Positions 43,315 through 59,293 of a stretch of 64,000 bases of DNA are shown piece by piece. The DNA comes from Eledone cirrhosa (lineage: Eukaryota): contig OZ024749.1 in NCBI GenBank assembly GCA_964016885.1, positions 7,998,001 through 8,062,000 on the forward strand. The letters are read 5' to 3'. The notes below the pieces were generated by a model that ran no database searches, was not told the DNA's origin, and worked only from the letters and a program-made list of their open reading frames with translations. Numbering within the stretch: the stretch's first letter is position 1; every line of letters starts with the position of its first letter. A program made the position numbers and the translations under genes.

Positions 43315-43595
43315 TGTGGAGGTACATGGCCTAGTGGTAAGGGTGTTGGACTTACGATCATAATGTCCTGGGCTCGATTCCTGGCTTGCGTGTCGTGTTC
43401 TTGAGCATAACACATCATTTCACGTTGCTCCGGTATACTCAGCTGAAAATGAGTACCAGCAATAGCTGGAGGTTTAATCCTGCGATGCACTGCGTCCTGT
43501 CCAGAAAGGAGTTTTGTACTCTCAGTCTCTTCACGCCATAGGACTGGGATAAACACCGGCCAAATGAGCCTTCTGGCTGAAGACAGATTTTAGAC
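43315..43595 (+). mobile_element. diverged tRNA-derived SINE (family 2-related)
   Basis: A box TGGCCTAGTGG, B-like GGCTCGATTCC, core tgttcttgagcataacac..tttcacgttgctcc. Confidence 0.75.
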
Positions 43596-43602
43596 TTGTA
43601 TA

Positions 43603-43680
<78 letters not shown>

Positions 43681-43683
43681 TAT

Positions 43684-43714
<31 letters not shown>

Positions 43715-43737
43715 CACATAAATATATATATATACAC

Positions 43738-43800
<63 letters not shown>

Positions 43801-43807
43801 TATATAT

Positions 43808-43964
<157 letters not shown>

Positions 43965-43973
43965 TATATATAC

Positions 43974-44039
<66 letters not shown>

Positions 44040-44041
44040 CG

Positions 44042-44890
<849 letters not shown>

Positions 44891-44977
44891 TATATATATA
44901 TACATATATATATACATATATCTATATACATATATATATACATATATCTATATACATATATATATACATATATATAC

Positions 44978-45010
<33 letters not shown>

Positions 45011-45067
45011 CATATATATATACATATATATATATATATACATATATATATACATATATATATATAT

Positions 45068-45188
<121 letters not shown>

Positions 45189-45197
45189 CATATATAC

Positions 45198-45280
<83 letters not shown>

Positions 45281-45347
45281 CATATATACATATATACATA
45301 TACGTATATATATATATATACATATATACATATATATACATATATAC

Positions 45348-45429
<82 letters not shown>

Positions 45430-45459
45430 ATATATACCTATATATATATATACATATAT

Positions 45460-48438
45460 GAGTAAAATTTCCTACCTGGGAGACTTAGCCATAAGCAATC
45501 AAGCACTATGCATGGCACTAACCTTAACGCACCTGACAAGCAGTATAGCAGATGCAGAAATACATATACCGAAATATACTGTATTTCGTTCGGACAGGAA
45601 GGAGAGAACTCATGGTGGGGTTGCTCTGTATATCCGTGAAGATGTCACACCAATTGTACTGTTGACACATTCAAACTCAGTCTGTGACACACTGATAGTA
45701 CATATGAAGCAACTACAGACAGTAATATGTGTCACATATCGGCCGCCCGATGCCCCCAGTCATGAGGGTAAATTTGAGGATAGTTTAAGTAGGATAGGAG
45801 AGGTCCTTGACAAACTGGACCAGGGTCTCAACATCCTACTGCTGGGAGACTTCACCTACCAAAGGTCAAATGGCCTGAGGGCCACCTCCTCCCTGAATGA
45901 CGTCAATAGACAGAGACAGACGGAATCCCTGCTGGCCCTCACACACAGGCTGTTCATGGAGCAAGCAATACTCCTCCCAACAAGAGGCGAAAATGTCCTG
46001 GACCTCTGTTTTACAAACAACGAAGTGCTCATCCACAATGTAAAGGTGACACCAACAATTCTCTCGGATCATAACTTAGTAGAGCTAATGATATGTGGCC
46101 AAGAGAACCAACAGAGACAAAAGCACCAAGAAGATCCGGGACGCTATCCAGCCTTAATTTCTACAAGGCTAACTGGAAAAAGATTAAGAGAGAAATCCGG
46201 AAGCAAACATGGAGTGAAAACACCGCCACACAAGACACTAACACACAATTTCAACACTTCATGACAACGATACACACTATATGCAAAAGGTTTGTCCCGG
46301 AGAAAGAGGCAAACAGACACAAAAATCTTATTCCCAGAGATAGGAAAATCCTTATGAGACGTAGAACTAAACTCTCAAACCAGTTGAATAGTCAACAAAA
46401 CAAAAACAAGAAGGAATCATATTTGAAACGTGCACTACTTGACACCGAGATTGCACTCAAACTTTCCCATGAGAATGAGAGGGCAAAGAAAGAGAACAGG
46501 GCCATAGAAAACATTAAAACAAACCCTAAGGCCTTCTTTGGATTTGCAAAGTAGACGGCCTCAGTGCACTGCAAGATTGGGCCACTCTTCCATACGGACG
46601 CTTCCTTAACCGAAAACCCCCAAGAGATACGTGAAATACTGAACGAACAGTACAAAAGTGTGATCACATGTCCACTGAGGCACATGCAAATAACGAAGCC
46701 AGAGGAGTTCTTTGATGCCACAACACTACATCAAGAAATGGCAACCATCAACCACATAGACATAACGGAGGAGGATGTGGTGTATGCCATTGATGAAATT
46801 AGAACAGACTCGGCTGCTGGACCTGATGGATTCCCAGCAGTTCTCTTTAAAATATGTAAGTGGGCCTTAGCAACGCCACTGAAGATGCTCTTCAGAAGCT
46901 CCTTGGTTAGCGGTGTACTACCCAGGGAGCTGAAAGAAGGCACAATATGCCCTATCCATAAAGGAGGTAGAAGAGCGGAGGCCAAAAAACTATAGGCCAG
47001 TCTCCCTGACGTCCATATCAGTAAGGTCATGGAGCGAGTCGTCAGAGAGAAACTGATCACTTTCCTCGAGGAAAATGACCGCCTGACTAGTACTCAACAT
47101 GGCTTCCGCCCAGGAAGAAGCTGCTACATCACTACGACTGGTACTGAGACAACTACTAGACAGCTCACATGTGGACGTGATATATCTTGACTTTGCGAAG
47201 GCCTTTGACAAGGTCGACCACGGAATGATATGTCACAAACTACACGGACTCGGCATAACTGGAAAAGTAGTTGAGTGGCTGCATGGCTTCCTAAGGGACA
47301 GAAGCCAGGCAGTCGCAGCAAATGGGGCCCTCTCAAAGGAAACACCAATAACAAGTGGGGTGCCCCAGGGGACAGTCCTGGAACCACTACTGTTTTTGGT
47401 GGCTCTCTCAGACATGCCCCTCTGTAGTACATACAGCAACATCCCTCACTAGCTATGCTGATGACACTAAAGTAGCACAGCTGACGCTGCCCTTTTACAG
47501 CAGGATCTGGATGCCATATACAAATGGGGCGGAAGAAAACAACATGCAGTTTAATGCTGGCAAAATCCAAGCCCTAGAATACAAACCTCCAAACAAACCT
47601 GCAAACACAAATATAGTGGAACACAACTACACAGGACAGGAGGGGACTGATATCCCCCGTGTCAAAAACGATACGAGACCTGGGCATAGACATGAGCGAT
47701 GATGCATCTTTTTCTTCACACATCATGAAAGTGGCGACAATGTGCAGACGACTCGCTGGCTGGATCTTGAGACTTTCCGGACAAGAGATCGAGACACCAT
47801 GTTGACACTATGGAGGACATTTGTCCTAAGCCGCCTGGACTACTGCTCCCAGTTGTGGTCACCCCAGTGTCAAACTAACCACGGAGCTTGAGGCAATCCA
47901 TCGAAGCTACACCAAGAGGATTGCCAAGATGAGGGAGACAAGCTACTGGGAAAGGCTAAAGGAACTGAACCTCTACTCCTTGAAGCGAAGACGGGAGAGA
48001 TACGCAGTGATCTACATGTGGAAAATTCTGGAGGGACTAGCACCAAACTTTGGCATTGGGAGCTGGACCAACCGTCGAACAGGATGTCACTGTGTGGTGC
48101 CAAAGGTCCCGTCTTCCACATCTAAAATAAGGAGCAGGTATTGCAATAGCCTGGGATTCAAGGGCCCTCAACTGTTCAACAGGCTGCTGAGGGATCTGAG
48201 AGACTTGCATGACGAGGAGGTGGATGTCTTCAAGAAACATCTCGACACCTTGTTATCCAGGATCCCGGATGAGCCCACAGCAAGACACGAGGGAAACCTA
48301 AGGGCAGCAGCAACAAAACTCCCTCTTACCCCAGTGGCCAACTTTATACAGGCTAGAGATAAAATGTGTAGCAACAAGGGCGGTGCCCCAGCATGGCCTC
48401 AGCCGGATGGCTGAAACAGGTAAAAGAGTAAAAGAGTA
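45460..48438 (+). mobile_element. frameshifted LINE ORF2 (APE endonuclease + RT), CR1/L2-group-like
   Basis: APE motifs R.DR..GGGV-like (HGGVALYI), YRPP, LLGDF, LDLCFTN, SDHNLV; RT motifs AAGPDG, YLDFAKAFDKVDH, SGVPQGTVL.PLLF, YADDTK; short tandem tail gtaaaagagtaaaagag. Confidence 0.93.
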
Positions 48439-48454
48439 TATATATATATATATA

Positions 48455-48916
48455 CATGGAAAGTTATATTTAAATTGTTGGGTACAACGAGTAAATATTT
48501 ATAACTGATATAAAAGCACTCAACAAGTATTTGGAGTATATTTACGATATTAAATAAATGGAAATTATATTTATAAAACCATATTTATTTCATTATATAT
48601 ATTTCAGGGATATCATATTAAAAATATGTTATGCCTTCTTCAGACAAATTACATATAAACAGTCTTATAAATAGATAGATTCGAAATACCTTTCAACATC
48701 GACTTGTATTTGAAAAGTTGATTTGGTAGTCTACCAAATCAACTTTTCAAATACAAGTCGATGTTGAAAGGTATTTCGAATCTATCTATTTATAAGACTG
48801 TTTATATTGTATTTTGTCTGAAGAAGGCATAACATATTTTTAATATGATATCCCTGAAATATATATAATGAAATAAATATGGTTTTATAAATATAATTCC
48901 ATTTATTTAATATCGT

Positions 48917-48917
<1 letters not shown>
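48455..48917. mobile_element. hammerhead-bearing near-perfect palindrome (~187-bp arms, 1-nt loop)
   Basis: 48543-48729 is inverted to 48731-48917; extension 48455-48542. Confidence 0.88.
48810..48875 (+). ncRNA. minimal hammerhead (mirror copy at 48586-48650, minus)
   Basis: TATTTTGT CTGAAGA AGGCATAACATATT..AATATGATATCCCT GAAA TATATA TA ATGAAATA. Confidence 0.72.
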
Positions 48918-48994
<77 letters not shown>

Positions 48995-49211
48995 CATATA
49001 TATATATATATTTACATATATGTATATACATATATATAAATATATTTACATATATATATGTATATACATATATATATATACATATATGTATATGTATATA
49101 CATATATATATATACATATATGCATATATATATATACATATATATATATATATTTACATATATACATATATATATATACATATATATATATATAATTACA
49201 TATATATATAC

Positions 49212-49382
<171 letters not shown>

Positions 49383-49385
49383 TAC

Positions 49386-49416
<31 letters not shown>

Positions 49417-49422
49417 AATACA

Positions 49423-49460
<38 letters not shown>

Positions 49461-49475
49461 CATATATATGTTTAC

Positions 49476-49574
<99 letters not shown>

Positions 49575-49607
49575 CATATATATACATATATATATATATA
49601 TATAAAT

Positions 49608-49647
<40 letters not shown>

Positions 49648-50364
49648 ACTGTGTGGGTGTATATGTATCGGTATGAATTAGTTTATATGCCTATCCACGA
49701 GTATGTGTGTATGTGAATGTTTGTTAGTGTAAATATCATACCCTGCTAGATTGACGTTATAATGCTTGTGTTACTCGTATGTTGTTCGTTGCCCCAGCTT
49801 GGCCGAGTCATAAGAAGTTCAGTTTGCAATCATGAGATCTTCTCAGGTTTGAACTCCCGGCGTTCCACGCTGGACAAGTGTCAGCGCGCATGTCTTGATA
49901 AACGGGAAGCATTTGGAAGCACCTTGTAGCTGTTATGCAAAAGGCCGGCCTTGACACAAACTGCCACACAGAATCTCTCTGATGAATCACAATTACTGCT
50001 ACACGTGCCTATTTCTCAGCATATTTCAAATTTAGTTTCAGGAGGTGGCTGTTCCGTTGTTTGCTGAAGGGTAGCACTCACTCCTCGTCGAGACCGATGG
50101 AGGTCCATTCGTATAAACTGCTGAAAATATGCTTTACTTGTTTCCTTGTATATTTGTGGTGTATTGGAAACCCACGACTGAACCTCTAGTTATCTCTACA
50201 CAATAATTCACATGAATGAGTAATTGTCTCCCTTGACAATTTGCCATAAAATATTATCAGGAAATATAGAATATGATATCCGATATAGTTGTAGGGTATA
50301 TAACTTTATTGTAACACTTTGTCATTGCTTTACCTTTAGATTCCGCATTGTTTGGCTTTGCGGT

Positions 50365-50560
50365 TGTTCTCGTTGTCGTTGTCGTCGTCGTTGTGATTGT
50401 TGTTGTTGTTATTGTTGTTATTGTCGTTGTTGTTATTGTTGTTGCTGTTGTCGTTGTTGTTGTTGTCGTTGTTGTTATTGTTGTTGTCGTTGTTGTTGTT
50501 GTCGTTGTTGTTGTCGTCGTTGTTGTCGTTGTTGTCGTCGTCGTTGTTGTTGTTGTTCTA
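50365..50560. repeat. (GTT/GTC)n trinucleotide array
   Basis: gttgttgtcgtt runs. Confidence 0.95.
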
Positions 50561-50741
50561 GCTGTTTGTTTGTTTTATTTGATAGGTTTTGTTATCTTGG
50601 TTCATTTTGCTGTTTGTATGAGATTTTTTTAATTTTATTTTTCCTTTTGTAAACTGCGACATTCGTATGTGTGTATATTAAAGTCATAGATGAGGGAATA
50701 TACACACATACATACATGTATGTGTGTATATATATATATAC

Positions 50742-50822
<81 letters not shown>

Positions 50823-50955
50823 CATATATATTATATATATATATATATATACACATATAAATATATATATATATACACACACATATATATATATATACAT
50901 ACACACATATATACATATATGTGTGTGTGTATATATATATATACATACAAAAATA

Positions 50956-50987
<32 letters not shown>

Positions 50988-50993
50988 CATACA

Positions 50994-51067
<74 letters not shown>

Positions 51068-51224
51068 TTGTGTGCATGTGCATATATATGTATATGTGTG
51101 TATATGTGTGTGTGTGTAATCAAACTGTATAGGTTTCTTTCTAGCTCTCTCTCTCACCTCCCTCTCTCTCTCCCTCCCTCTTTCTCTCCCCACTTCTCTG
51201 TCTCCCCCTCCTCTCTGTATCAAC

Positions 51225-51266
<42 letters not shown>

Positions 51267-51399
51267 GTATTAATTGTCAGATGTTGAGATAATTGCAGTA
51301 CTCCTTGCCTTTACACTTCAACCGATTCTTGAGAGATCATGGTTGTTCTCACCAGAATTGTTGCAGTTTCCTGCCTTTAGGACCCTCGTCAGTAGCACA

Positions 51400-51700
51400 G
51401 TGAAGGCGTGTGGCTGAGTGGTTAGAGAATTGGATTCGCAATCGTAAGGTTGCGAGTTAGATTCCTGGACCAGGCGATGCGTTATGTCCTTGAGTAAGAC
51501 ACTTTATTTCACGTTGCTCCTTCTACCTGGAGTTGCGACCGATAGATAGTATTAGCAATTGGAAAGACCAACGGAAACATTGTTCCCTCGGTCCGATTTG
51601 ACGAAAGTCGATCGTTCCTCAGTAGCACAACCTTCTGTAACGGCTTGCATAAGAGATATGGAGGTGGAAAGCATACAACCTGGGTGATAGGAGGAGGAAG
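51400..51700 (+). mobile_element. tRNA-derived SINE, family 2
   Basis: TGGCTGAGTGG A box and GAGTTAGATTCC B box; close to 24167-24385. Confidence 0.88.
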
Positions 51701-51781
51701 ATGTGAGACAGGTGTGGCTGAGATTACATGTCACGAGATCACCAAACTCTGAAGAACAGAAGCCTACACACACACACACAT

Positions 51782-51838
<57 letters not shown>

Positions 51839-52193
51839 CATACGGTATATTGCCAAATATACTATACATACATTCATGTATACATCGCTATTTCAGTGCA
51901 CCAATCCTAATACCTAATTTTTGCTGGACCGGCAATCACTCTGTATAATCAGCTACTGATTATTTACTGGAATTCTATAAGAATCCAGGTTCTATCATTT
52001 CCGGCGGAAGCAGGGGATGCCTGGCTCTGATGATCGCCAAACAGCGTGAAACAGAATCTGTCAGCTTCTCTACCTTTTTTCGCCTAAAAGAAGTAAGTGA
52101 CATAGTCACCACTTTAAAACCGATAGCGCATGGTCTCCTAAATGTTTTTGATTAAACATACGGTATATTACCAAATGTACTATACATACATTC

Positions 52194-52237
<44 letters not shown>

Positions 52238-52305
52238 GATATGTCCCAAGACTCTGATACCATGAACACTATAATCACAGAGATGGCATATCTAAGAACT
52301 GACTA

Positions 52306-52361
52306 ACTACCTGATGAGGTCATAGCCATTCAATGGCTATCATCGAAATATATATAGCAGT
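52306..52361 (+). ncRNA. minimal type-I hammerhead ribozyme
   Basis: ACTAC CTGATGA GGTCATAGCCATT C AATGGCTATCATC GAAA TATATA TA GCAGT, then AATAAA. Confidence 0.78.
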
Positions 52362-52402
52362 AAATAAAGGATTATGAGTACATGCAATTGACTTATATTT
52401 GG

Positions 52403-52461
<59 letters not shown>

Positions 52462-52504
52462 TTCAAATATTAATAAAATAGATGCTCTTGTGATCAATTA
52501 AATT

Positions 52505-52555
52505 GTATTATACATATTTCAGAGGTACTTGAATCAAGTCTTCATCAGATAAAAT
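52505..52555 (-). ncRNA. minimal type-I hammerhead ribozyme
   Basis: Minus: TTTAT CTGATGA AGACTTGA T TCAAGT ACCTCT GAAA TATGTA TA ATA. Confidence 0.6.
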
Positions 52556-52671
52556 AAAATGGTACATGACATACCTTGACATGTTAAATGGTTAAGATTT
52601 AATCAAGGTAGAGTGCTTTCAATCTACTGTAAGACTCATTCTTTGATGTACTCATGAATCTTGTTTAACTC

Positions 52672-52781
<110 letters not shown>

Positions 52782-52869
52782 GCAACACCAAAAGTCAGCT
52801 CAGATCATTTCAAAGAATCGAAATAGATAACAGAAGTTATGCTTTCTGTTATACTCTGTTCAACTTCCA

Positions 52870-52925
52870 GCTGCCTGATGAGGTTATAACTGTTTCATAA
52901 TGGTTATCACCGAAATATATATATA
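52870..52925 (+). ncRNA. hammerhead truncated by (TA)n after the cleavage site
   Basis: CTGATGA GGTTATAACTGTT TCAT AATGGTTATCACC GAAA TATATA TA; 3' strand of stem I is missing. Confidence 0.6.
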
Positions 52926-53907
52926 TATATACCTTGTTATATTCCTCCTCCGAAGAGTGGATATTCTTTCGAAATATCAGGATATATGAATAAATAAGGT
53001 AACACATGCATCTTGTTTCGTCTTATTTTCTTGCTCGTCCATCTCACATCATCGTGGCCTTCAAACTTCATATTTTTCTAATTACCTATATAACATATGT
53101 TGGACCCAGACATAAATTATTGAATGAGAAGCTCGCTATCCATTCATGTGGTCCTGGGTTATTACCACAGAGACCCACCTTTGGCAAATGTCATCAGCTG
53201 AAGGTGGTACCTACATTTCCAAGGTTCAGAGATTTTATCTATTTTGTCACACATATTCCAGCGTGAGATTTGTGTTAAAGTATCGCAGGTCTGTGGAATA
53301 CTCAGCCACCTAACCATTATTTTACAGTTAGAAAATCCAGTTGATCAAACGACTGAACTCTCATCATTGAGGGAAGATCAAACATGATTTTTTTTCTGCT
53401 TTTAAATCATAAAATATTTACCATGGAAACATGCGATTTTACTGTTTGTGAATCTTCACTAGGCGTGAATTTCCAGCAAAAACCCGCGCTACGCGACAAT
53501 TTAACTCATTCTAAAACGAACAAAAGATATTTGCAAAACTTCTAGTGTATTTTACGCCTCACTGACGATAGTTTTCTAACATGAAACTACGGTTCTCTCA
53601 TTTAGAAGGAGAATGTTTATATTTAATTTTATATTTTATGAATCTAACTTTTAACCACGTATATTGGACATATATCATATATATGATTTAGTTCGTTATA
53701 CAGAACATTCTACAAAGAATATATATATGTGTGTGTGTGTGTGCGTGCGTCTCTGTTTGTGTGTGCGTGTGCGTGCGTCTCTGTTTGTGTGTGTTATATG
53801 TGTATATATGTGTATATATATATATATATATATACAGAGGAAGAATGGGAGAGGGAAAAATAGATATATACATAGAGAAATACGGAGACAGATAAATAGA
53901 TAGACAA

Positions 53908-53938
<31 letters not shown>

Positions 53939-53939
53939 T

Positions 53940-54167
53940 ATTTCTTTATTAGCCACAGGGGCACAAAAGAAGGGGACAAATACAAAGGGGGAAGTTTACA
54001 TACAATAAAAACGTGTAAAATGTTATCACAGATGGAATTTAAAAGTTAGTCGATTTTCCCCAATAGAGGGAGACAGTTTATATGGGTAACACATACCCCC
54101 GAAAAAATGTGCAACCCTCATCTCCAGGAGTACGAAGAGCTTGTACTCCTTTCCTCTCCTCCTCCTT

Positions 54168-54207
<40 letters not shown>

Positions 54208-54400
54208 TTTTCTTTTTATTTGCCACCAGGGCATCAAAAAGTGGGACAAGTACAATGGGGGGAGTTTACATAACAAGGCGTCCTCAATAAGGAGGAGGCT
54301 ATAACAAGATATAAAAGTATAAAAATAAAATAAAATATAACAAAATAAATTTTATAACAAAATCCTCAATAGGGAGGAGGCGCCTTGGGGGGTCGCACAC
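53940..54400 (-). mobile_element. two related retroelement 3' ends abutting (GATA)n (L1/Tx1-like, tentative)
   Basis: tttctttatt.gccac.agg...gggacaa.tacaa.ggggg..gtttacata at 53941 and 54209, each next to a gata run; a similar start at 1701. Confidence 0.45.
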
Positions 54401-54481
54401 ACACCCGTAGAAAGTGTAGGCAGCTTAGAAATGTGGCAATGTATATATGTGTAAAACAGGCACCAGATGGTTCATATACAC

Positions 54482-54662
54482 ATAATTGTTTCTACAATTG
54501 GCACAAGACCAGCAATTAACCAGTGCATTACTGGTACATTATCTTATCGACCCCGTAAGGATGAAACGCGAAGTTAACCTCGGCAGGATTTGAACTCAGA
54601 TCGTAAAGGGACGTAACTATGCTGGAAAGCATGGCGTCCGACCCTCTACCGATACGGCCAAA
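54482..54662 (-). mobile_element. SINE family 1
   Basis: Same body as 21907-22091. Confidence 0.88.
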
Positions 54663-55058
54663 TACATAATGAAGTGAATATGATAGACTGCAACTCAAGC
54701 GGTTACCCAGCATCTCGACATAACGGTGGCTGATAAGATTAACCCCTTAGCATTTAAACCAGCCATATCCGGCCAGAATTCTCATACTGATGTTAATGTA
54801 TTATTCTCAAATTAAATCTCATAGATTCGATATTAAGACTTTACCCCGAAAATATAACCGTAGATATAGAGCAATGTAAATGCTAACGGGTTAATAGAAT
54901 GTACGAAATATTAAAGTATACGTGAGATAAGACGCAGCACGCTAGAGGTGTCAATACCCGGTAAGTTATTAACACTTACATGCTAAATTGCAGAGCACAG
55001 GGACTCACACACACACACATATATATACACATACATATGTATACACACACATATATAT

Positions 55059-55106
<48 letters not shown>

Positions 55107-55129
55107 GTGTGTAGATATATATTCATATG

Positions 55130-55174
<45 letters not shown>

Positions 55175-55215
55175 GTGTGTGTGTGTAAATATATATTCAT
55201 ATATTTATATATATA

Positions 55216-55301
<86 letters not shown>

Positions 55302-56199
55302 GTCTCCCTTCTAATCTAACTATAATGGTGAACCTAGCTATATTTTGTTCTTTTCATCTCTTGTGCTTTATCTGTTATCATTTAAAATAACAAAAAATAT
55401 ATTCATATATACATACCAACTTTCATATATATACATACATACATACACACATATATACATACATATATATATATACATACATACACACATACAAACACAG
55501 ATATATACACACGTAGATACATTTCTATCTACATACATATTTATATATATACATATATACACACCTACACACAAACAAACATATACATACATACCAACAT
55601 ACATATATACACAAATACATACATACCTTCATATATACATACATATCTACATGCATACATTCAAACAAACATACATATAAACGTACAAAAATACTTATAT
55701 ACTTACATATATACGTAGTTATATACATACACACATATATACATACATATATATATATATACATACATACACACATACAAACACAGATATATACACACGT
55801 AGATACATTTCTATCTACATACATATTTATATATATACATATATACACACCTACGCACAAACAAACATATACATACATACCAACATACATATATACACAA
55901 ATACATACATACCTTCATATATACATATGTACATGCATACATTCAAACAAACATACATATAAACGTACAAAAATACTTATATACTTGCATATATACGTAG
56001 TTATATACATACACAAACATAATTACATACATATATATATATATACATAGATTCATATATATTATATATGAATGTATGTATGTATGTAAATATGTTTGTG
56101 TGAATGTATATAACTATGTATATATGTCAGTATATAAGCATGTTATACTTTTATTCATATATTCATGCATACAAACATTGAATAATAGATAGACAGAAG

Positions 56200-56795
56200 T
56201 TAAATACATACATGGTGGCTGCCAACTCGTTTTCGAGTACTGCCACTACTTTATATCCATGTAGGAGAACACCTACCGATGCGCTGAACGAGTGTGACCT
56301 TTTAGTCCAGCCAGCGACTTGAAAACTCTGGTACAAACACTACACTTGTGACAATTATTGACACTTAGTGCTGGGCCCATGGTACCAAGGAAGATCTCCA
56401 GATATAAAGCAATGCCTGTGCCGTGAAGCTTTTATAGTGAGCAAAGGCACTGCACAAAGCCAGTCCCACTCTCTTACTCAAGATGATATTTACCAAAAAG
56501 AAGAACAAGTCAACATCATTGGATACCATCAGGGTTGCAGGTGTTATATCAGAGTTTTCCTTCTCCTAGAATTCTGCCTTGACAAAGGCTAAGGGGTCAT
56601 CTCTCCCGGTGATTTTGGATGGCCATTGACTCTTAAGAGCTCCTTTGCCCGGTTTTGTTTTTAGTCCTGCAGGATGTCCAATGTCATCCTCCTCGCCAAG
56701 AAACCTTGGTGGGGTTGCCAGTTTAGTCGCCAACGACCCGACCATGAGACTGGTTGTACTGGGATACATGTTACCAGTAGCACCAACTGGTGACC
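56200..56795 (-). mobile_element. second copy of the 37290 interspersed repeat
   Basis: Reverse complement of ggtggggttgccagtttagtcgccaacgacccgaccatgagac matches 37318-37362. Confidence 0.55.
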
Positions 56796-56894
56796 TAACA
56801 TAAGATACATACATACATTCACATATCTATATATACATACATATTTACATATATCCATACATACATTCATACATACATACCTACAAATATACCA

Positions 56895-57008
<114 letters not shown>

Positions 57009-57169
57009 CTATATATGAGTTATTCCGGGTTGAATCGGGGGTAACCTCAGTAAGTAAGGTACTCAATACATAGAGTATGGATGTTTTAATATAGAAGAGC
57101 TTCTACATGACTAGAACTGTTTCATTCATGAGAAATCATCATATATATATACACATATATATAATTGGT

Positions 57170-57261
57170 CGTATCCGACGACCCGGTTGATTTCAGAGTC
57201 GGGTGTGATCACCATATCGATCGTGCCTCGAGCTGGTCGACCGAGAAACATTTGTAATATG
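57170..57261 (+). ncRNA. long-stem-II hammerhead, U4C core variant
   Basis: CGTAT CCGACGA CCCGGTTGA...TCGACCGA GAAA CATTTG TA ATATG; sister of 26615. Confidence 0.55.
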
Positions 57262-57312
57262 TCCAATAAATTCCTTTCGTCGCAATACTGATTCTCTTTT
57301 TTCTGTGATATA

Positions 57313-57374
<62 letters not shown>

Positions 57375-57376
<2 letters not shown>

Positions 57377-57550
57377 ACGACGGAGGTGTGGTAAGAAACC
57401 AGATGGACCATAACGCACCAGAGTACTCAATACTTAGGGTAGTAGAGTGGGTGATAGGAATATGTTTAACCCCGACGGCAGAGCTGAAGCCGTTTCGAGG
57501 AAAATATCCGTCGAAACGACTTGCGCTCTGCCGTAGGCGTTAAACATTTT

Positions 57551-57592
<42 letters not shown>

Positions 57593-57722
57593 AAAAAGTA
57601 TGACCCCGACGGCAGAGCTCAAGCCGTTTCGACAGCTATTTCTGGACTCTGAAATAACTGAGTCCAGAAATAGCCGTCTAAACGGCTTGAGCTCTGCCGT
57701 CGGGGTTCATACTTTCTCCTAT
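57375..57722. mobile_element. two adjacent hairpin family A fold-backs separated by (TA)n
   Basis: Palindromes 57454-57555 and 57588-57722 built from accccgacggcagagctcaagccgtttcga. Confidence 0.8.
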
Positions 57723-58177
57723 ATATATATATATATATATATATAAATATAAACGTCTTTGTGTGTGTGTGCGTGTGCGTGTGTGTGCGTGTGTGTGTGT
57801 GTGTGTGTTTATATATATATGTATGTATTCAGGTTAGTATGTGTGTCCTGAATAACAGAAGCAATATATATTTCAAGAATAAATGAAGTATAATAGTAGA
57901 TATAAATGGAGCGATAACGATAGGAGATGCTACTACAGGGAAAATGACTTCAACAATAAACAGTAATGCTGCTTATTGATAACATTATTATAGCTCTCAA
58001 TACTATTCTCTCTTTTGTTTATATTTATCTTCAAAGAGACAACAAAGGGACATTACTGTGATAGTTACTCACAAAGATGAAATGTAATAACATTGAAATC
58101 AACAAAACCATCCTGGTGTATGTATATACATATATATATATATATATATATAAATGGAAAAAATGAAATTTCATACT

Positions 58178-58210
<33 letters not shown>

Positions 58211-58236
58211 CTATATATATTATATGTATGTATTTA

Positions 58237-58269
<33 letters not shown>

Positions 58270-58687
58270 GTATTTATACATTTATATATATATATATATG
58301 TATATAGGTTTAGGTATGTATTGGTAAACCGACGATATCAACATGTCACCAACTTTGTTACCTATGAAAAACGAATTTTTAATTTAAAACTAATATCTAT
58401 TAGACGTAGTAAAATTCACACGCACATACCGACACCCAGACACACTCACCCTCATCCCCCCCACACACAGAGACATACTCAACAATGGCGAATTGTTAAA
58501 TAAAATAGTAGTTCGCTATAGGAAGTATAGTCACGCTAGAAACAATAGTCAGATAATAAATGCCTTCTTAATTCTTTGGTTCGTAAATAAACTGTAACTA
58601 TAAAACAGTTCTGCTGGATCTTTAATGGACTCAGCTAAAATACACTGAATAATTGAGTGAAATTTACTTTCATTAATATTATCATAA

Positions 58688-58873
58688 GGGTGGTGAATTG
58701 GCAGTAACGGTAGAGGGTCGGACATGCTTTCTAGCATAGTTACGACCCTTTACGATCTGAGTTCAAATCCTGCCGAGGTTAACTTTGCCTTTCATCCTTA
58801 CGGGGTCGATAAAATAAAGTACCAGTAATGTACTGGATAATTGCTGGCCTTGTGCCTAAAATAGAAACAATTA
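58688..58873 (+). mobile_element. SINE family 1 (near full length)
   Basis: A-like TGGCAGTAACGG, B box GAGTTCAAATCC and the family body. Confidence 0.88.
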
Positions 58874-58947
58874 ATATTATCATAATATTATATATATATA
58901 CAATTCCACACCGCCCGTCCCTTCAAGCTTTCTAATTTCTCATTCTT

Positions 58948-58983
58948 TCTTCTGATGAAGGACCAGCGTCCGAAACGTTAAGA
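58948..58983 (+). ncRNA. minimal type-I hammerhead ribozyme
   Basis: TCTT CTGATGA AGGAC CAGC GTCC GAAA CG TT AAGA. Confidence 0.72.
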
Positions 58984-59099
58984 CCCTCTTCCTGCCATTT
59001 CAAGCGTTAACTTAATATATTCCTTCTATATACTGTACCGATTGTGTTGTTATTTCTGTTTACCTTTTACACACATACACACATATATATATATATATA

Positions 59100-59247
59100 T
59101 ATAACGAAGGAAATGTGGTAAGGAACCAGGTGGACCATAACGCACCAAAGTACTCAATACTTAGGGTAGTAGAGTGGGTAATAGGAACGAGTAGGACCCC
59201 GACGGCGGAGCTCAAGCCGTTGGGGTCCTACTCGTTCCTATTACCGA
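59100..59247. mobile_element. hairpin family A fold-back (internally deleted)
   Basis: Extension nearly identical to 2575-2650; arms ggtaataggaacgagtaggacccc / ggggtcctactcgttcctattacc. Confidence 0.78.
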
Positions 59248-59248
59248 A

Positions 59249-59293
<45 letters not shown>

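Noticed and set aside
49790-50130. GC-richer unique segment as a possible host exon
   Set aside because: No recognisable peptide or convincing splice pair in the frames I read
53558-53600. CTGACGA followed by a TAGTTT/AAACTA hairpin
   Set aside because: No GAAA after stem II and no stem I
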